Positions 44,549-54,239 of a stretch of DNA of 64,000 nucleotides are shown piece after piece; position 1 is the stretch's first letter, and every line of letters starts with the position of its first letter. Under the pieces are notes generated by a model. The model did no database searches. It was given only the letters and a program-made list of their open reading frames with translations, and had not been told where the DNA came from. This DNA comes from an uncultured virus (IMG/VR IMGVR_UViG_3300031998_000018) (Duplodnaviria > Heunggongvirae > Uroviricota > Caudoviricetes): the IMG/VR virus record IMGVR_UViG_3300031998_000018; one strand, written 5' to 3'. Position numbers and translations under genes: made by a program.

Positions 44549-44625
44549 GCCTGTGTAGCTTATGAGGTCTGAGCGCCAGTCTGAAAAACTGGAGGATGGT
44601 GGATCGTTACCACTTGCAGGCACCA
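44549..44625 (+). tRNA. tRNA-Phe(GAA)
   Basis: CCAGT-CTGAAAA-ACTGG, CCA. Confidence 0.85.
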
Positions 44626-44628
44626 TAT

Positions 44629-44706
44629 GGTGAATATAGCTCAGCTGGTTAGAGCATCGGTCTGTGGAACCGAATGTCGTGGGTTCAAGTCCCATCATTC
44701 ACCCCA
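44629..44706 (+). tRNA. tRNA-His(GTG)
   Basis: CTGTGGA loop, G-1:C73, CCA. Confidence 0.9.
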
Positions 44707-44712
44707 TTATAT

Positions 44713-44787
44713 GTCGAGATCATACAGTGGCTAGTATGCGAAACTGATAATTTCGTCACGGTAGTTCGAGTCTACCTCTTGACACCA
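44713..44787 (+). tRNA. tRNA-Ile(GAT)
   Basis: CGAAA-CTGATAA-TTTCG, CCA. Confidence 0.85.
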
Positions 44788-44811
44788 TAAATCCCACTCT
44801 TCCCACCATAA

Positions 44812-44885
44812 ATCGGTGTCGTCCAATGGCAGGACTGCAGTCTCCAAAACTGCGTATCGAGGTTCGAGTCCTTGCGCCGGTGCCA
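44812..44885 (+). tRNA. tRNA-Trp(CCA)
   Basis: GCAGT-CTCCAAA-ACTGC, CCA. Confidence 0.9.
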
Positions 44886-44888
44886 TCT

Positions 44889-44965
44889 GCTAAGGTAGCC
44901 AAGAGGTCGAAGGCCGCAGTCTGCAAAACTGTTGTTCGTGAGTTCGAGTCTCACCCTTAGCTCCA
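44889..44965 (+). tRNA. tRNA-Cys(GCA)
   Basis: CTGCAAA loop, U73, CCA. Confidence 0.9.
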
Positions 44966-44967
44966 AT

Positions 44968-45042
44968 ATCCCAATAGTTCAACGGATAGAACAATGGATT
45001 TCTAATCCTTTAATGAGGGTTCGATTCCTTCTTGGGATGCCA
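44968..45042 (+). tRNA. tRNA-Arg(TCT)
   Basis: TTTCTAA loop, CCA. Confidence 0.85.
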
Positions 45043-45064
45043 AACTTTTTATTAGGAGATCAAA

Positions 45065-45406
45065 ATGGACAATCGGTGTTTATATTGTAATGAAATTATA
45101 CCGGAAGGGCGCCAAGTGTGTCCAATATGTGAAGACAAATTAACTCAAAAAATCAAGGAGAGCAACCTTATGGAAAATGAATCAAAAACTTCTGCTATAA
45201 GTGGGGGCGCAGGTATTAGTTTTACCGGACTACTTACGATTGTTTTTATTGTACTTAAGCTATGCCATGTCATTGACTGGGCATGGATTTGGGTATTGGC
45301 TCCACTGTGGGGCAGCCTCGCGCTTGCTACGATAATTATAACAATCGTTCTTGCGGTTGTGGTACTGAAAGATAAAGCCGATTAGAGAAAGAAGAAAAAG
45401 AAATAA
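45065..45406 (+). CDS. Small membrane protein with N-terminal CxxC zinc ribbon (code 15; TAG 45383 read through to TAA)
   Basis: LKLCHVIDWAWIWVLAPLW; read-through stop overlaps the next ATG (TAATG). Confidence 0.6.
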
Positions 45407-45627
45407 TGGAATATAAAGTCGAAATGAAAGTGCGGATCATAAATATGGACGATCCCTTTTCAAATTATGAAGGACGATTTGGCGAGATTCAACGCATTGA
45501 TGATGTCGGACAACTTCATGGGACTTGGGGCGGGTTGGCTTTAATTCCTGATGTTGATGATTTTCGAGTTCTTACCGAAGAAGAATATCAGACTTTGATG
45601 AAATTGGCGCACGGTAGTTCAAAGTAA
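45406..45627 (+). CDS. DUF4314-like protein
   Basis: MDDP...G.I..IDD.GQLH..W..LALIP..D.F. Confidence 0.65.
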   Translation: MEYKVEMKVRIINMDDPFSNYEGRFGEIQRIDDVGQLHGTWGGLALIPDVDDFRVLTEEEYQTLMKLAHGSSK

Positions 45628-45630
45628 AAT

Positions 45631-45676
45631 TTGCTTTTCTATCAAAGATGTGATATAATATATATAGAAAATGAAA
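45631..45676 (+). promoter_or_regulatory. Sigma70-type early promoter of the suppressor tRNA
   Basis: TTGCTT-N17-TATAAT with extended -10 TG and the conserved ATATATAGAAAATGA tail. Confidence 0.75.
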
Positions 45677-45679
45677 TAC

Positions 45680-45754
45680 TGGGGTGTCGTATAGTGGTTA
45701 ATACCGTAGTCTCTAAAACTACTGCTCTTGGTTCGATTCCAAGCACCCCCGCCA
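45680..45754 (+). tRNA. Amber suppressor tRNA(CTA), Gln-like
   Basis: GTAGT-CTCTAAA-ACTAC, anticodon CTA at 45713-45715; U1 with unpaired 1:72, G2:C71, G3:C70, G73. Confidence 0.9.
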
Positions 45755-45779
45755 ACTTCACATTACGAAAGGACGCATT

Positions 45780-45989
45780 ATGTTCGAAACAATCAAAGTC
45801 AACTCTACTGCGATTTCCGAAGTAAGCTACGACAAAGATAGTCAAATCCTCCGTATTCAGTTTATTCGCGGTGCTGAATATGATTATCCGAATATCCCCG
45901 AAAAAGAATTTCGTAACCTCGTCAGCGCGCCTTCTGTTGGTAAATACTACAACCAGCACATCAAGGCTTACGCAGTAATCCCGGCATAA
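45780..45989 (+). CDS. KTSC-domain protein
   Basis: VNSTAISEVSYD....L.IQF..G..Y.Y..IP......L..APSVGKYYN..IK. Confidence 0.8.
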   Translation: MFETIKVNSTAISEVSYDKDSQILRIQFIRGAEYDYPNIPEKEFRNLVSAPSVGKYYNQHIKAYAVIPA

Positions 45990-46074
45990 ACTAATAGAGT
46001 TTGATAAAAGCATTCTTACTTATTTATTGAGTAAGAATGCTTTCTTATTTAATAACTTTGAGGAGGTGTAACTT

Positions 46075-46704
46075 ATGGACGACATAATGATTACCCTACC
46101 AGAAACCATTAAACCTAATCTACAACTGCCAGATCCTGCTTTAGTCCAGATTTATCGAGATCGTTAGAACCGTATCATCTGGATGTTAGGTGAAGTAGGT
46201 GATGAAGTTTATGATTGGGTTGACTTTATTTTAGATGTTAATCGTGAAGATCGCGATAAGGGAATCCCAGTTGATTAGCGTCAGCCCATCAAATGTTTGA
46301 TTGCGAACTATGGTGGATCTTCGGATGCGGCTAATACAATAGTTGATATTATTCAACTATCTGAGACCCCAGTTTGGGGAATAGCTATTGGAATGTGCGC
46401 GAGCGCTGCCTCAATGATTTATCTAGCTTGTCATCAGCGCTTTGCTTTACCGAGTGTTAGCTTTCTTTTCCATTAGGGAAGTTGCTCTAACCTATCAGGC
46501 AGCTTTGGTGAGCTTAAATCCTTCATGGACGATTATCAAAATGAAATAATTAAACTTACCGAGTTTTATAAGAAACATACTACTTTTGACCCGGCGCTTA
46601 TTGAGGATAAATTAAATAAAGGAGACTGGTATATTCGAGTGGCAGAAGCACTAGAAAATGGCGTTGTGCATGAGGTAGTAAATAATATTTCAACCTTGTT
46701 ATAA
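46075..46704 (+). CDS. clpP: ClpP-like serine protease (code 15)
   Basis: NYGG, GMCASAAS (Ser), FLFH(TAG)G (HQ motif), DWY...EA.E.G.V; absent from ORF track. Confidence 0.8.
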
Positions 46705-46717
46705 CGGAGGGATCTAT

Positions 46718-47545
46718 ATGTACACTGGTGTGACCACTTTAGAATTAACAGAAGAGGAGCTAGAAGAGTTATACACCAAAGAACGATTAAGTAAGTATAT
46801 ATGGAATGAGAATGAATATCTTTATGTGCCGCCTACAACACCTGAAGCAAAGGGAGATTACTTTCAATATAGGGGCGGGCGCATTCAACGTATCAAATTC
46901 CCTGTAATCAGCAGTGAATTTACTGGCAAGTATAAACCGCGTAATCCTGAGTAGGTCTTTGCATTTGATCTACTCAAAGATCATCAGACTACTATTAAAT
47001 TATTGACCGGCACTTTCGGGACTGGCAAAACCCTTGCCTTGATCGTTGGTGCACTCGAAGCAATCGAACAGGGCCGGTTTGAACGTATTATCTGGGTACG
47101 TAATAACGTACAGGTTAAGGATACAGATCCACTAGGAGCTCTCCCTGGTGATGCTTATGAGAAGTTGCTGCCCTACTTGGGGCCAATGCTTGATCATGTA
47201 GGAGGGCCGGAAGGCGCGAAGTTACTGGTTGATCAAGGTAAGTTGGAGGTCATACCATTAGCCCATCTACGCGGGCGCAGTATACGTAATGCAATCATTA
47301 TTTCTTCTGAAGCGGAGAACCTAACGAAGGAACATATCTAGTTATTGATCGGGCGTGTAGATGAGGGATCTAACTTATGGATGGATGCTGATTTGAAGCA
47401 GAGAGATAAACTAGTGTTCGAGAAGTCATAGGGTATTGAGAAGATGGTGGAGAGATTGAAAGGGGAGAGGCTGTTTGGGTATGTTCACCTAACCAAGGTG
47501 GAGAGATCCGAGACGGCAAGATTAGCAGATAAATTAGACGGGTGA
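46718..47545 (+). CDS. phoH: PhoH-like ATPase (code 15)
   Basis: PRNPE(TAG), GTFGTGKT, LGALPG, LRGRS, EAENLT, ERSETA. Confidence 0.85.
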
Positions 47546-47556
47546 GGTGAGAGAAC

Positions 47557-49095
47557 ATGCCCTCAATGCAAGAAGATAAAATTGTATATTATCCAGATGA
47601 GTTATTGGGGCACGCTTTTTTAGCTTCTTTAGCAAGTTCCAATATAGATTTATATAATAGAGCCAAAAGTTATTTTGATACCTTGCGCTCAAATTTAAAA
47701 GGTGACGCCAATCGTCCAGCTAATCTTAATTCACTTAAACGGTTAGCAGAATATGAACGTGATAAAGAACAAAAATTATTGGCATCTGTTATGCCAGAAT
47801 TAGTATAGACTGACACTAGAAAAGTAGGAGATTATATTCACGCTTTTAACATTTTATTAGGCTAGGATGCTATTTTTTAGCGTAATGTAAAAAGAGTAAA
47901 GGCTATACATAATGGTAAAGGTGGATCTATTGATATTACATCTAACTTCGGTTCTTTTTTGCGTGCATAGCTAGATTTAATGTAGCCTGAGGATTTTACT
48001 GAAGAAGGGCTATATCGAGCGACACGATAGGCACTAATTGAAACATTCCGTAAGAATTATGATCGTGATAAAACTGAATAGTCTGCATATATCGATTTAG
48101 CTATGGCATTGGAGCATGCTGAGTCTACAGATTGGATGATTAAAGAGGTCTTTGATTTATATTTCGGACCGGATTTAACTCGTGAATTTTAGAATGCGGC
48201 TGAACATGACAGAAATGTAGTTATCTCAAGCACTACCCAAGATTTAATTAGAAAAAATGTAAACTTTTAGATGTATCGTGGCACTAAAAAAGGTAATTTA
48301 CTTGAGGCCGTGGAGCGATTAATTCAATAGGTTATGGGTTAGTTTGAAACACTTGCTACTGGTGCTACTGGTATGAAGGCCGATAACTTATTAACTATGG
48401 GTATATCTACTGATCAAATTCATGCAGCAATTACTCAAGAAGTACAAAAACAGGCTTCGAAGCGTCTATAGAATATTGAGCGTTTAGAGCATTTACATGA
48501 AGCTTTAGCTAAAATAAAAGGGCAGATTGTCGAAGTTACTGATAAAAACTATAGTTTAACTTCTGAAACCTTTGCCCAAAACAAAGGTTTTACCGCTGAA
48601 AGTGGTCTATAGGCAGCATTTTTTGAGCGTATTCTCAGTCGTATGCGAATACCTTCAAGAGATATTAACGAGTTAATGTTCGTACTAGCCAATACACATT
48701 TCTTAATGTTAAGTGAAGATGAGGATTTTAGTAACGCAGAACGAGTATTAGGTGCTTATGTCGGATTTTTCCTCTTTGATGACTTACAAATTCCAGAAGT
48801 AGAAGAAGGCGTGAATTTCGTTCATTTAATGAATTTAAATGGCATCTATATTCCATTATCTACTTTTTTATTTGCTGCATATAACGCATTTATGCAATCT
48901 AGTAAACCAGACGAAGCTGATAAGTATGTTAAGGTACATATTGAATAGACTTTTGCTGGATGGAAGAATGATGATGAGCAATTAAACCCTGCTGATTGGA
49001 ATAATTTTTATAATCAGCGATTAAAAGAAATTAGAATTACTACGCACTTCTTTGGTGATTTTGTTAACTTTATAAGAACTTATATTGAATTATAA
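47557..49095 (+). CDS. Hypothetical 512-aa protein, heavily TAG-recoded
   Basis: Single frame with about 14 TAG and no TAA/TGA until 49093. Confidence 0.75.
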
Positions 49096-49210
49096 TATAT
49101 GTCGGGCGCATACGATATATTTATCAGCGCCCGATTCTTTTTAATTTGATTTTTCGAAAAATTTTTGCTATAATATATATAGAAAATGAAAGTAAGGACT
49201 GGAGAACAAT

Positions 49211-50485
49211 ATGCTAAATAATAACAACGAGCGCGAACTCGCTTATCTTGTTCGCGTCGAAGCAATCACTCCGATGAACGCTGATCGCCTTGAATGTGCG
49301 CATATCGGCGGCTGGCACTGCGTTGTCGGTAAAGGTGAGTTTAAGGTGGGAGACCCTGCCATTTACTTTGAGATCGACTCGCAGCTTCCTGATGTAGAGC
49401 CGTTCTCCTCAATGGAGTTCTTGAAGTCCAAGAACTTCAAGATTAAGTCGCAGAAGATTCGCGGTGAGATCTCACAGGGTCTGCTTATGCCGGTAACTGC
49501 CTTCGGGTGGAAAATTGAATATGGCCGGTTTGGGTGGGAACCTGAGGGATATGCTTATCTTGGAAAAGGTGAAGAGCCTTATGCTATGGATAACGAGAAC
49601 TCTGCTCATACTCTTGAAGGTGAAACCCGTTTCTTAACCAAGAAATTGGGCGTTACTTACGCTGATCCCGGCGATAATGTCCGTAAAGGCTCGGCGCCGG
49701 ATAAGTATAAGAAGATGTCTCAGCGCCATCCTCGCATCTTCAAGAAGAAGTGGGTGCGCTGGCTGATGAAGCATGAGTGGGGACGCAAACTGATGTTCTT
49801 CTTCTTCGGCAAGAAGAGAGACAAAGAGAGCGCCTGGCCTGCGTGGGTGAAAAGGACTGATGAAGAGCGTATAGAAAATTGTCTTTTTTATTTAAACGAT
49901 AAAATGCCATGGATAGCTAGCGAGAAACTAGATGGCACAAGTACCACATTTACTCTTAAAAGAGGAAAGTGGTTACATAAAAATGAATTTTATATATGTT
50001 CTCGAAATGTCGTATTTGACAAACCAGATAAGCGGTGTTTTTATGATACGAATGTTTATCAAGAAATGGAGTTAAAATATAATATCAAAGCTAAAATGGA
50101 AAATATGCTTGACAATCATCCTGAATGGAAATGGATTACTATTCAGGGAGAAACATATGGTGGCGGTCCGCTTGGTAATATACAGAAGAATACTTATAAT
50201 CTTGATGAACATAAATTAGGGGTATTTAATTTTATAACTTCTGATAAAGGGCGTTGGAATTCACTCGACATGGTAAAGTTCCTTAGGGAGTATGATATTC
50301 CTTGTGTTCCAATTCTTAATGGTGAATTTATACTTCCCGATACAATAGAAGAACTTCGTGAATATGTACACAGCGCGCCTTCGACAATAAATGGAAAAAT
50401 GAAAGAAGGTATTGTGTTTAGGTCGCAAGACGGGATTCATTCTTTCAAATGTGTTGATCCCGAATATTTGATTTATTGGCATTAA
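49211..50485 (+). CDS. RNA ligase (Rnl2/DRB0094-like)
   Basis: N-terminal ADRLE...V.KGEF..GD...YFEIDS domain; TDEER, EKLDGT, SRN, QGETYG, EGIV, FK motifs. Confidence 0.85.
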   Translation: MLNNNNERELAYLVRVEAITPMNADRLECAHIGGWHCVVGKGEFKVGDPAIYFEIDSQLPDVEPFSSMEFLKSKNFKIKSQKIRGEISQGLLMPVTAFGWKIEYGRFGWEPEGYAYLGKGEEPYAMDNENSAHTLEGETRFLTKKLGVTYADPGDNVRKGSAPDKYKKMSQRHPRIFKKKWVRWLMKHEWGRKLMFFFFGKKRDKESAWPAWVKRTDEERIENCLFYLNDKMPWIASEKLDGTSTTFTLKRGKWLHKNEFYICSRNVVFDKPDKRCFYDTNVYQEMELKYNIKAKMENMLDNHPEWKWITIQGETYGGGPLGNIQKNTYNLDEHKLGVFNFITSDKGRWNSLDMVKFLREYDIPCVPILNGEFILPDTIEELREYVHSAPSTINGKMKEGIVFRSQDGIHSFKCVDPEYLIYWH

Positions 50486-50670
50486 ATTTATAAAGTAAGC
50501 CAATCCAAAGTATACTTTATATTAAAATAGAACATACTTTGGATTGGAGGAAAATTATGGTCGGGCGCAGACTACGTATTTGTCTGCGCCCAACTATTTT
50601 ATAATTTGATTTTTCAAGAAAAAAGTGATATAATATATATAGAAAATGAAGTGAAAGAAAGGACATCACA

Positions 50671-51381
50671 ATGACCTGCGAACGCGAACTCATACTCTCC
50701 CTCGGCCACAAAGCCGAAACCCTCATTGAGGAACTGAAGGCGGCTGCTAACTTCGAGAGCTTTCTCAACGGCGAACAGGACTACTACGACTGGCTCTGGG
50801 ACAACTCTAAGTCTATCCCTGAACATATCGGCACCGCCAATGGCGCGACTCGTTTCGTATTCTGGGATAACGATGAACCTTCGTGTGTCTTCAAGATCAA
50901 TATGTATCGTGGCGGCATCGACTACGGCAAACAGGAAGTCTATATCTACAACAAAGCGGTTGAGCGGGGTGTTGAAGAACATTTTGCGTGGGCGGCTAAG
51001 GTGTATTCTTACGGTGCTAATGATGTCTATGCAATGGAATATTGCTCTGTAGATTACGATAGGACTAGTGATGAGTCGTGGGAGTATCATGCTCGCGCTA
51101 TTTGCGCTGAGGAAGATTGGGATTATGATAATCTATCTGATTATGAGCAAGAACAGTTGCAGTGCTATGTCGAAGATAGCGAATATGCTCAGACAGCAGG
51201 AATGCTTGAGTTTGCGCGGTCACAGATGAGTTGGGAAGAATTCTATGACTTTCGTGGCTTTATTAACGATATGGGTCTCAATGATCTCCATTGTGGTAAC
51301 TGGGGCTATCGCAACTGTGATAAGCTGGTACTCGTTGATTATGCCGGATATGAGCGCGATCTGATGGGGAGGATTGCTTAA
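50671..51381 (+). CDS. Protein kinase-like protein
   Basis: GATRFV, VFKI, E..IY, AMEY, DLHCGNWG, LVDYAG. Confidence 0.65.
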   Translation: MTCERELILSLGHKAETLIEELKAAANFESFLNGEQDYYDWLWDNSKSIPEHIGTANGATRFVFWDNDEPSCVFKINMYRGGIDYGKQEVYIYNKAVERGVEEHFAWAAKVYSYGANDVYAMEYCSVDYDRTSDESWEYHARAICAEEDWDYDNLSDYEQEQLQCYVEDSEYAQTAGMLEFARSQMSWEEFYDFRGFINDMGLNDLHCGNWGYRNCDKLVLVDYAGYERDLMGRIA

Positions 51382-52083
51382 TGAACCCTTATTATGAAAA
51401 AATCAAAATCATACTTGATCGCATAGAACAGGGTAAATTTACTCCCTATTCGATCAGCTGGTGTGTCAGTCGTATCGACTGGGCGTGGAAATGGCGCAAG
51501 ATCACCAAAGAACAGATGGAAGAACTGGCAGGACAGTGCTGTGCACTATTAGATGCAGAGCTGCGCCGAATGGTAGAGAAGGAGTCAAAACATGGCAACT
51601 AAGCGAAGAAAAGAAGAAGAGTATGATAACAACGTGTTCCATAGAGGATACGCACGTGGCTTCGGTAAAATACCGCTGTTTTTCCGTCGTTGGAAGTGGG
51701 CTTGGCAGCGTATTATCAAAGGATACTGTGATTACGACATCTATAATTTAGATGTGTATTATGCGAAGCTGTTCGAAGACTCAATTACTACCCTCAAAGA
51801 GATCACTATGACAGTTCCGTATGGTCTGACAGAAGAAGCATGGGACAATATTCTTACAGATATTGCTCATTCTTTCCACGAGAGCCAGCGCGATGATCTT
51901 GACGATGCGGAGTGGACACGACTAGAAGCCATATTTGAGGAGAAGGGTAGCAATTCACCGGAGTATGCAGAGGCCAAGGAGGAATGGCTTGTGGCTCTTC
52001 ATCGGATGCATCTGCATAATGAGAGATCGAAGCGGCGTGGTTTCCGGTTATTGAGTAAATGGTTCTTTGATCTGTGGTCGTAA
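51381..52083 (+). CDS. Two hypothetical early genes (51381..51602, 51592..52083)
   Basis: Coupled ORFs with RBS. Confidence 0.6.
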
Positions 52084-52105
52084 CTACCAGCGAGGTTATG
52101 CTTTA

Positions 52106-52879
52106 ATGAAACCATTGAAGAAGCCTAGTTTGTATGATGTGGTGTTGTCGATCATTCTTGTCATACTATTTGTTATCTTGATATATTCAATAGGTATGAT
52201 GATCAAGACCGCACTAAATGATAAATCAACCGAGATAAATACGGACACTGCGCTTGCAGTGTCGCCGGAAATCATAACAGTAACCTCAGTTGAAACCGAG
52301 ATAGTCACGGTAATCGAAACACAGATAGTAACTGTCCCAGTGCCGTATCTCTCTGATGATTACGACTATGCCCGCGCGCTAGCTACATTATATGAGTTAA
52401 AGGATCGGGCGCAGTATGAGCATTACCTCAAGGTAGCTGAGAAATGGCCTATTGCTGCTGAAGTCTGGACTTACCTCACCGAAGAAATGATGCTGAATAA
52501 CTATGTCGCTGCGGGGATTATGGGAAATTTGATGAACGAGTGCGGCGGCAATTCTCTCGCCCTTCAACCAAAAGTTTACGGACTTAACAAAGGCTTCTAT
52601 GGGATCTGCCAGTGGGCATTAGTTTATAACCCGCAGATCAAAGATGCTACACTTGTAGAGCAGCTAGATTTCTTGCGCGACTCGATCCGTGAAGCCTTTG
52701 ACAAGTATGGCTATCTTTATCAAAAAGGTTTTGACTATGCCCAGTTCTGCGCAATGACCGATTGCAGAGCAGCGGCAGATGCCTTTCGAGTAGTCTACGA
52801 AAGGCCAGGCAGTTCTACTGCTGCAACCCGGCGTAACAATGCGTGTTATGCCTATGCTACCTTTGTCTATTCCGAGTGA
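52106..52879 (+). CDS. Membrane-anchored phage tail lysozyme (Phage_lysozyme2-like)
   Basis: N-terminal TM; AAGIMGNLMNE, GICQW, EQLDFL, AA..F...YERP. Confidence 0.7.
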   Translation: MKPLKKPSLYDVVLSIILVILFVILIYSIGMMIKTALNDKSTEINTDTALAVSPEIITVTSVETEIVTVIETQIVTVPVPYLSDDYDYARALATLYELKDRAQYEHYLKVAEKWPIAAEVWTYLTEEMMLNNYVAAGIMGNLMNECGGNSLALQPKVYGLNKGFYGICQWALVYNPQIKDATLVEQLDFLRDSIREAFDKYGYLYQKGFDYAQFCAMTDCRAAADAFRVVYERPGSSTAATRRNNACYAYATFVYSE

Positions 52880-52996
52880 ATAGTTTTGAATAAAATTATG
52901 GTTGGGCGCCTACCACGTCCAACCTATTTAATATTTGATTTTTTTAGAAAAAAGTGGTATAATATATATAGAAGAAATAGAAAGGGATTATTAGAG

Positions 52997-53472
52997 ATGA
53001 TGGAATATCTTGTGGCTGCGGCGATTAAGTTCCGTATGCTTGATGATTCGTATGATACAGTTATGACCGATACAAGACATGCTGATATTTTTGAAAAGAT
53101 GTATAAACTTCATATCCAGTATGATAAGTCAAGTGCAATACAGGGGTTCTGGACTTCTAATTCTCGTTTCGTAGACAGATATGAAGCAAAGTGGATCGCG
53201 GTTGCGGCAAATCAGTTAATCGTGCCGGAAGAGGAAACTCACGCTGAACTATTTTCGGAGGATGTATGGTGAAAGACAGGAAAAAAAACGGAAGAGATCC
53301 CAAGAGGATTAAGCGCATCGTGAAGCTGCTCGAGAAGAGATGGGAAGCAGTACCGGATTGGCGCCTCGGACAGTTGTTAGTCAACTGCACTTTTGCTGGA
53401 GAGGACTTGTTCTATCTCGAAGATGATGAACTTGAAGAAAGGCTCGATGCTTGGCTGGTGATGAACAAATGA
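52997..53472 (+). CDS. Two hypothetical early genes (52997..53272, 53266..53472)
   Basis: Behind promoter 52935; QGFWTS..RFVDR.EA and RDP.RI...W...PDWRLGQL motifs of small phage proteins. Confidence 0.6.
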
Positions 53473-54239
53473 AATACTTTATCGTTGCTGACGTTCACGG
53501 TTTCTATAATGAAATGATTGATGCGCTCGTCAGTCAGGGCTTTAATCAGAATGATCCCAATCATTGCTTTGTATCGCTCGGTGATCTTCTTGACCGTGGA
53601 CCGGATCCAGAGAAGTGCCTTAAATTCGTCCTTAACCTTGATCCTGCTCGGCGTATTTTGATTCGGGGTAATCATGAGGATCTGATGGAAGAGGCGATTA
53701 TGCGTCAGTCTTTCCTGAAACACGATGTGTCAAATGGGACCGAGGCTACTGCTATGGCGCTGACTGGCATGACTAATTCTACCATTGCGGCCCTTGAGAT
53801 GCGCACCTGTGATCTCTATAATCGCTACATCCGTGAGACCATAAACTTCTACGAAACCAACTCCTACATCTTCGTGCATGGTTGGATCCCGCATCGTGTT
53901 TATCCAAAGGGGTTCAATGCCAGATATTATGGTCGCGAGTTTATGCCAGAGTGGCGCGAAGCTCCTAACTCTTGGTGGGATGATGCTCGTTGGTGTAATG
54001 GTATGGAGTGTTGGGAGCAGGGGATCCTTGAACCGGATAAGACTATTGTCTGCGGTCATTGGCATACTTCGTGGGGACATTGCTATCTGCATCATGATGG
54101 CACTGAGTTCGGTAAAACAAGTAAATTTACCCCCTTTGTTGATAAGGGGATTATCGCGGCAGATGCTTGTACTGCTTATTCAGGCTTCTGCAACTGTGTG
54201 GTTCTTGATGACGAACCATTGGAGGAAAGTGTGAAATGA
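53469..54239 (+). CDS. Metallophosphoesterase (Ser/Thr phosphatase-like)
   Basis: ADVHG, GDLLDRG, RGNHE, FVHG, GHWH. Confidence 0.85.
   Translation: MKYFIVADVHGFYNEMIDALVSQGFNQNDPNHCFVSLGDLLDRGPDPEKCLKFVLNLDPARRILIRGNHEDLMEEAIMRQSFLKHDVSNGTEATAMALTGMTNSTIAALEMRTCDLYNRYIRETINFYETNSYIFVHGWIPHRVYPKGFNARYYGREFMPEWREAPNSWWDDARWCNGMECWEQGILEPDKTIVCGHWHTSWGHCYLHHDGTEFGKTSKFTPFVDKGIIAADACTAYSGFCNCVVLDDEPLEESVK

Noticed and set aside
42658..44966. Track ORFs within the tRNA cluster
   Set aside because: They overlap tRNAs or structured RNA, lack RBSs and have no protein-like motifs
44968..45042. Second amber suppressor (contains TCTA)
   Set aside because: The 7-nt loop TT-TCT-AA centres on TCT, so it is Arg
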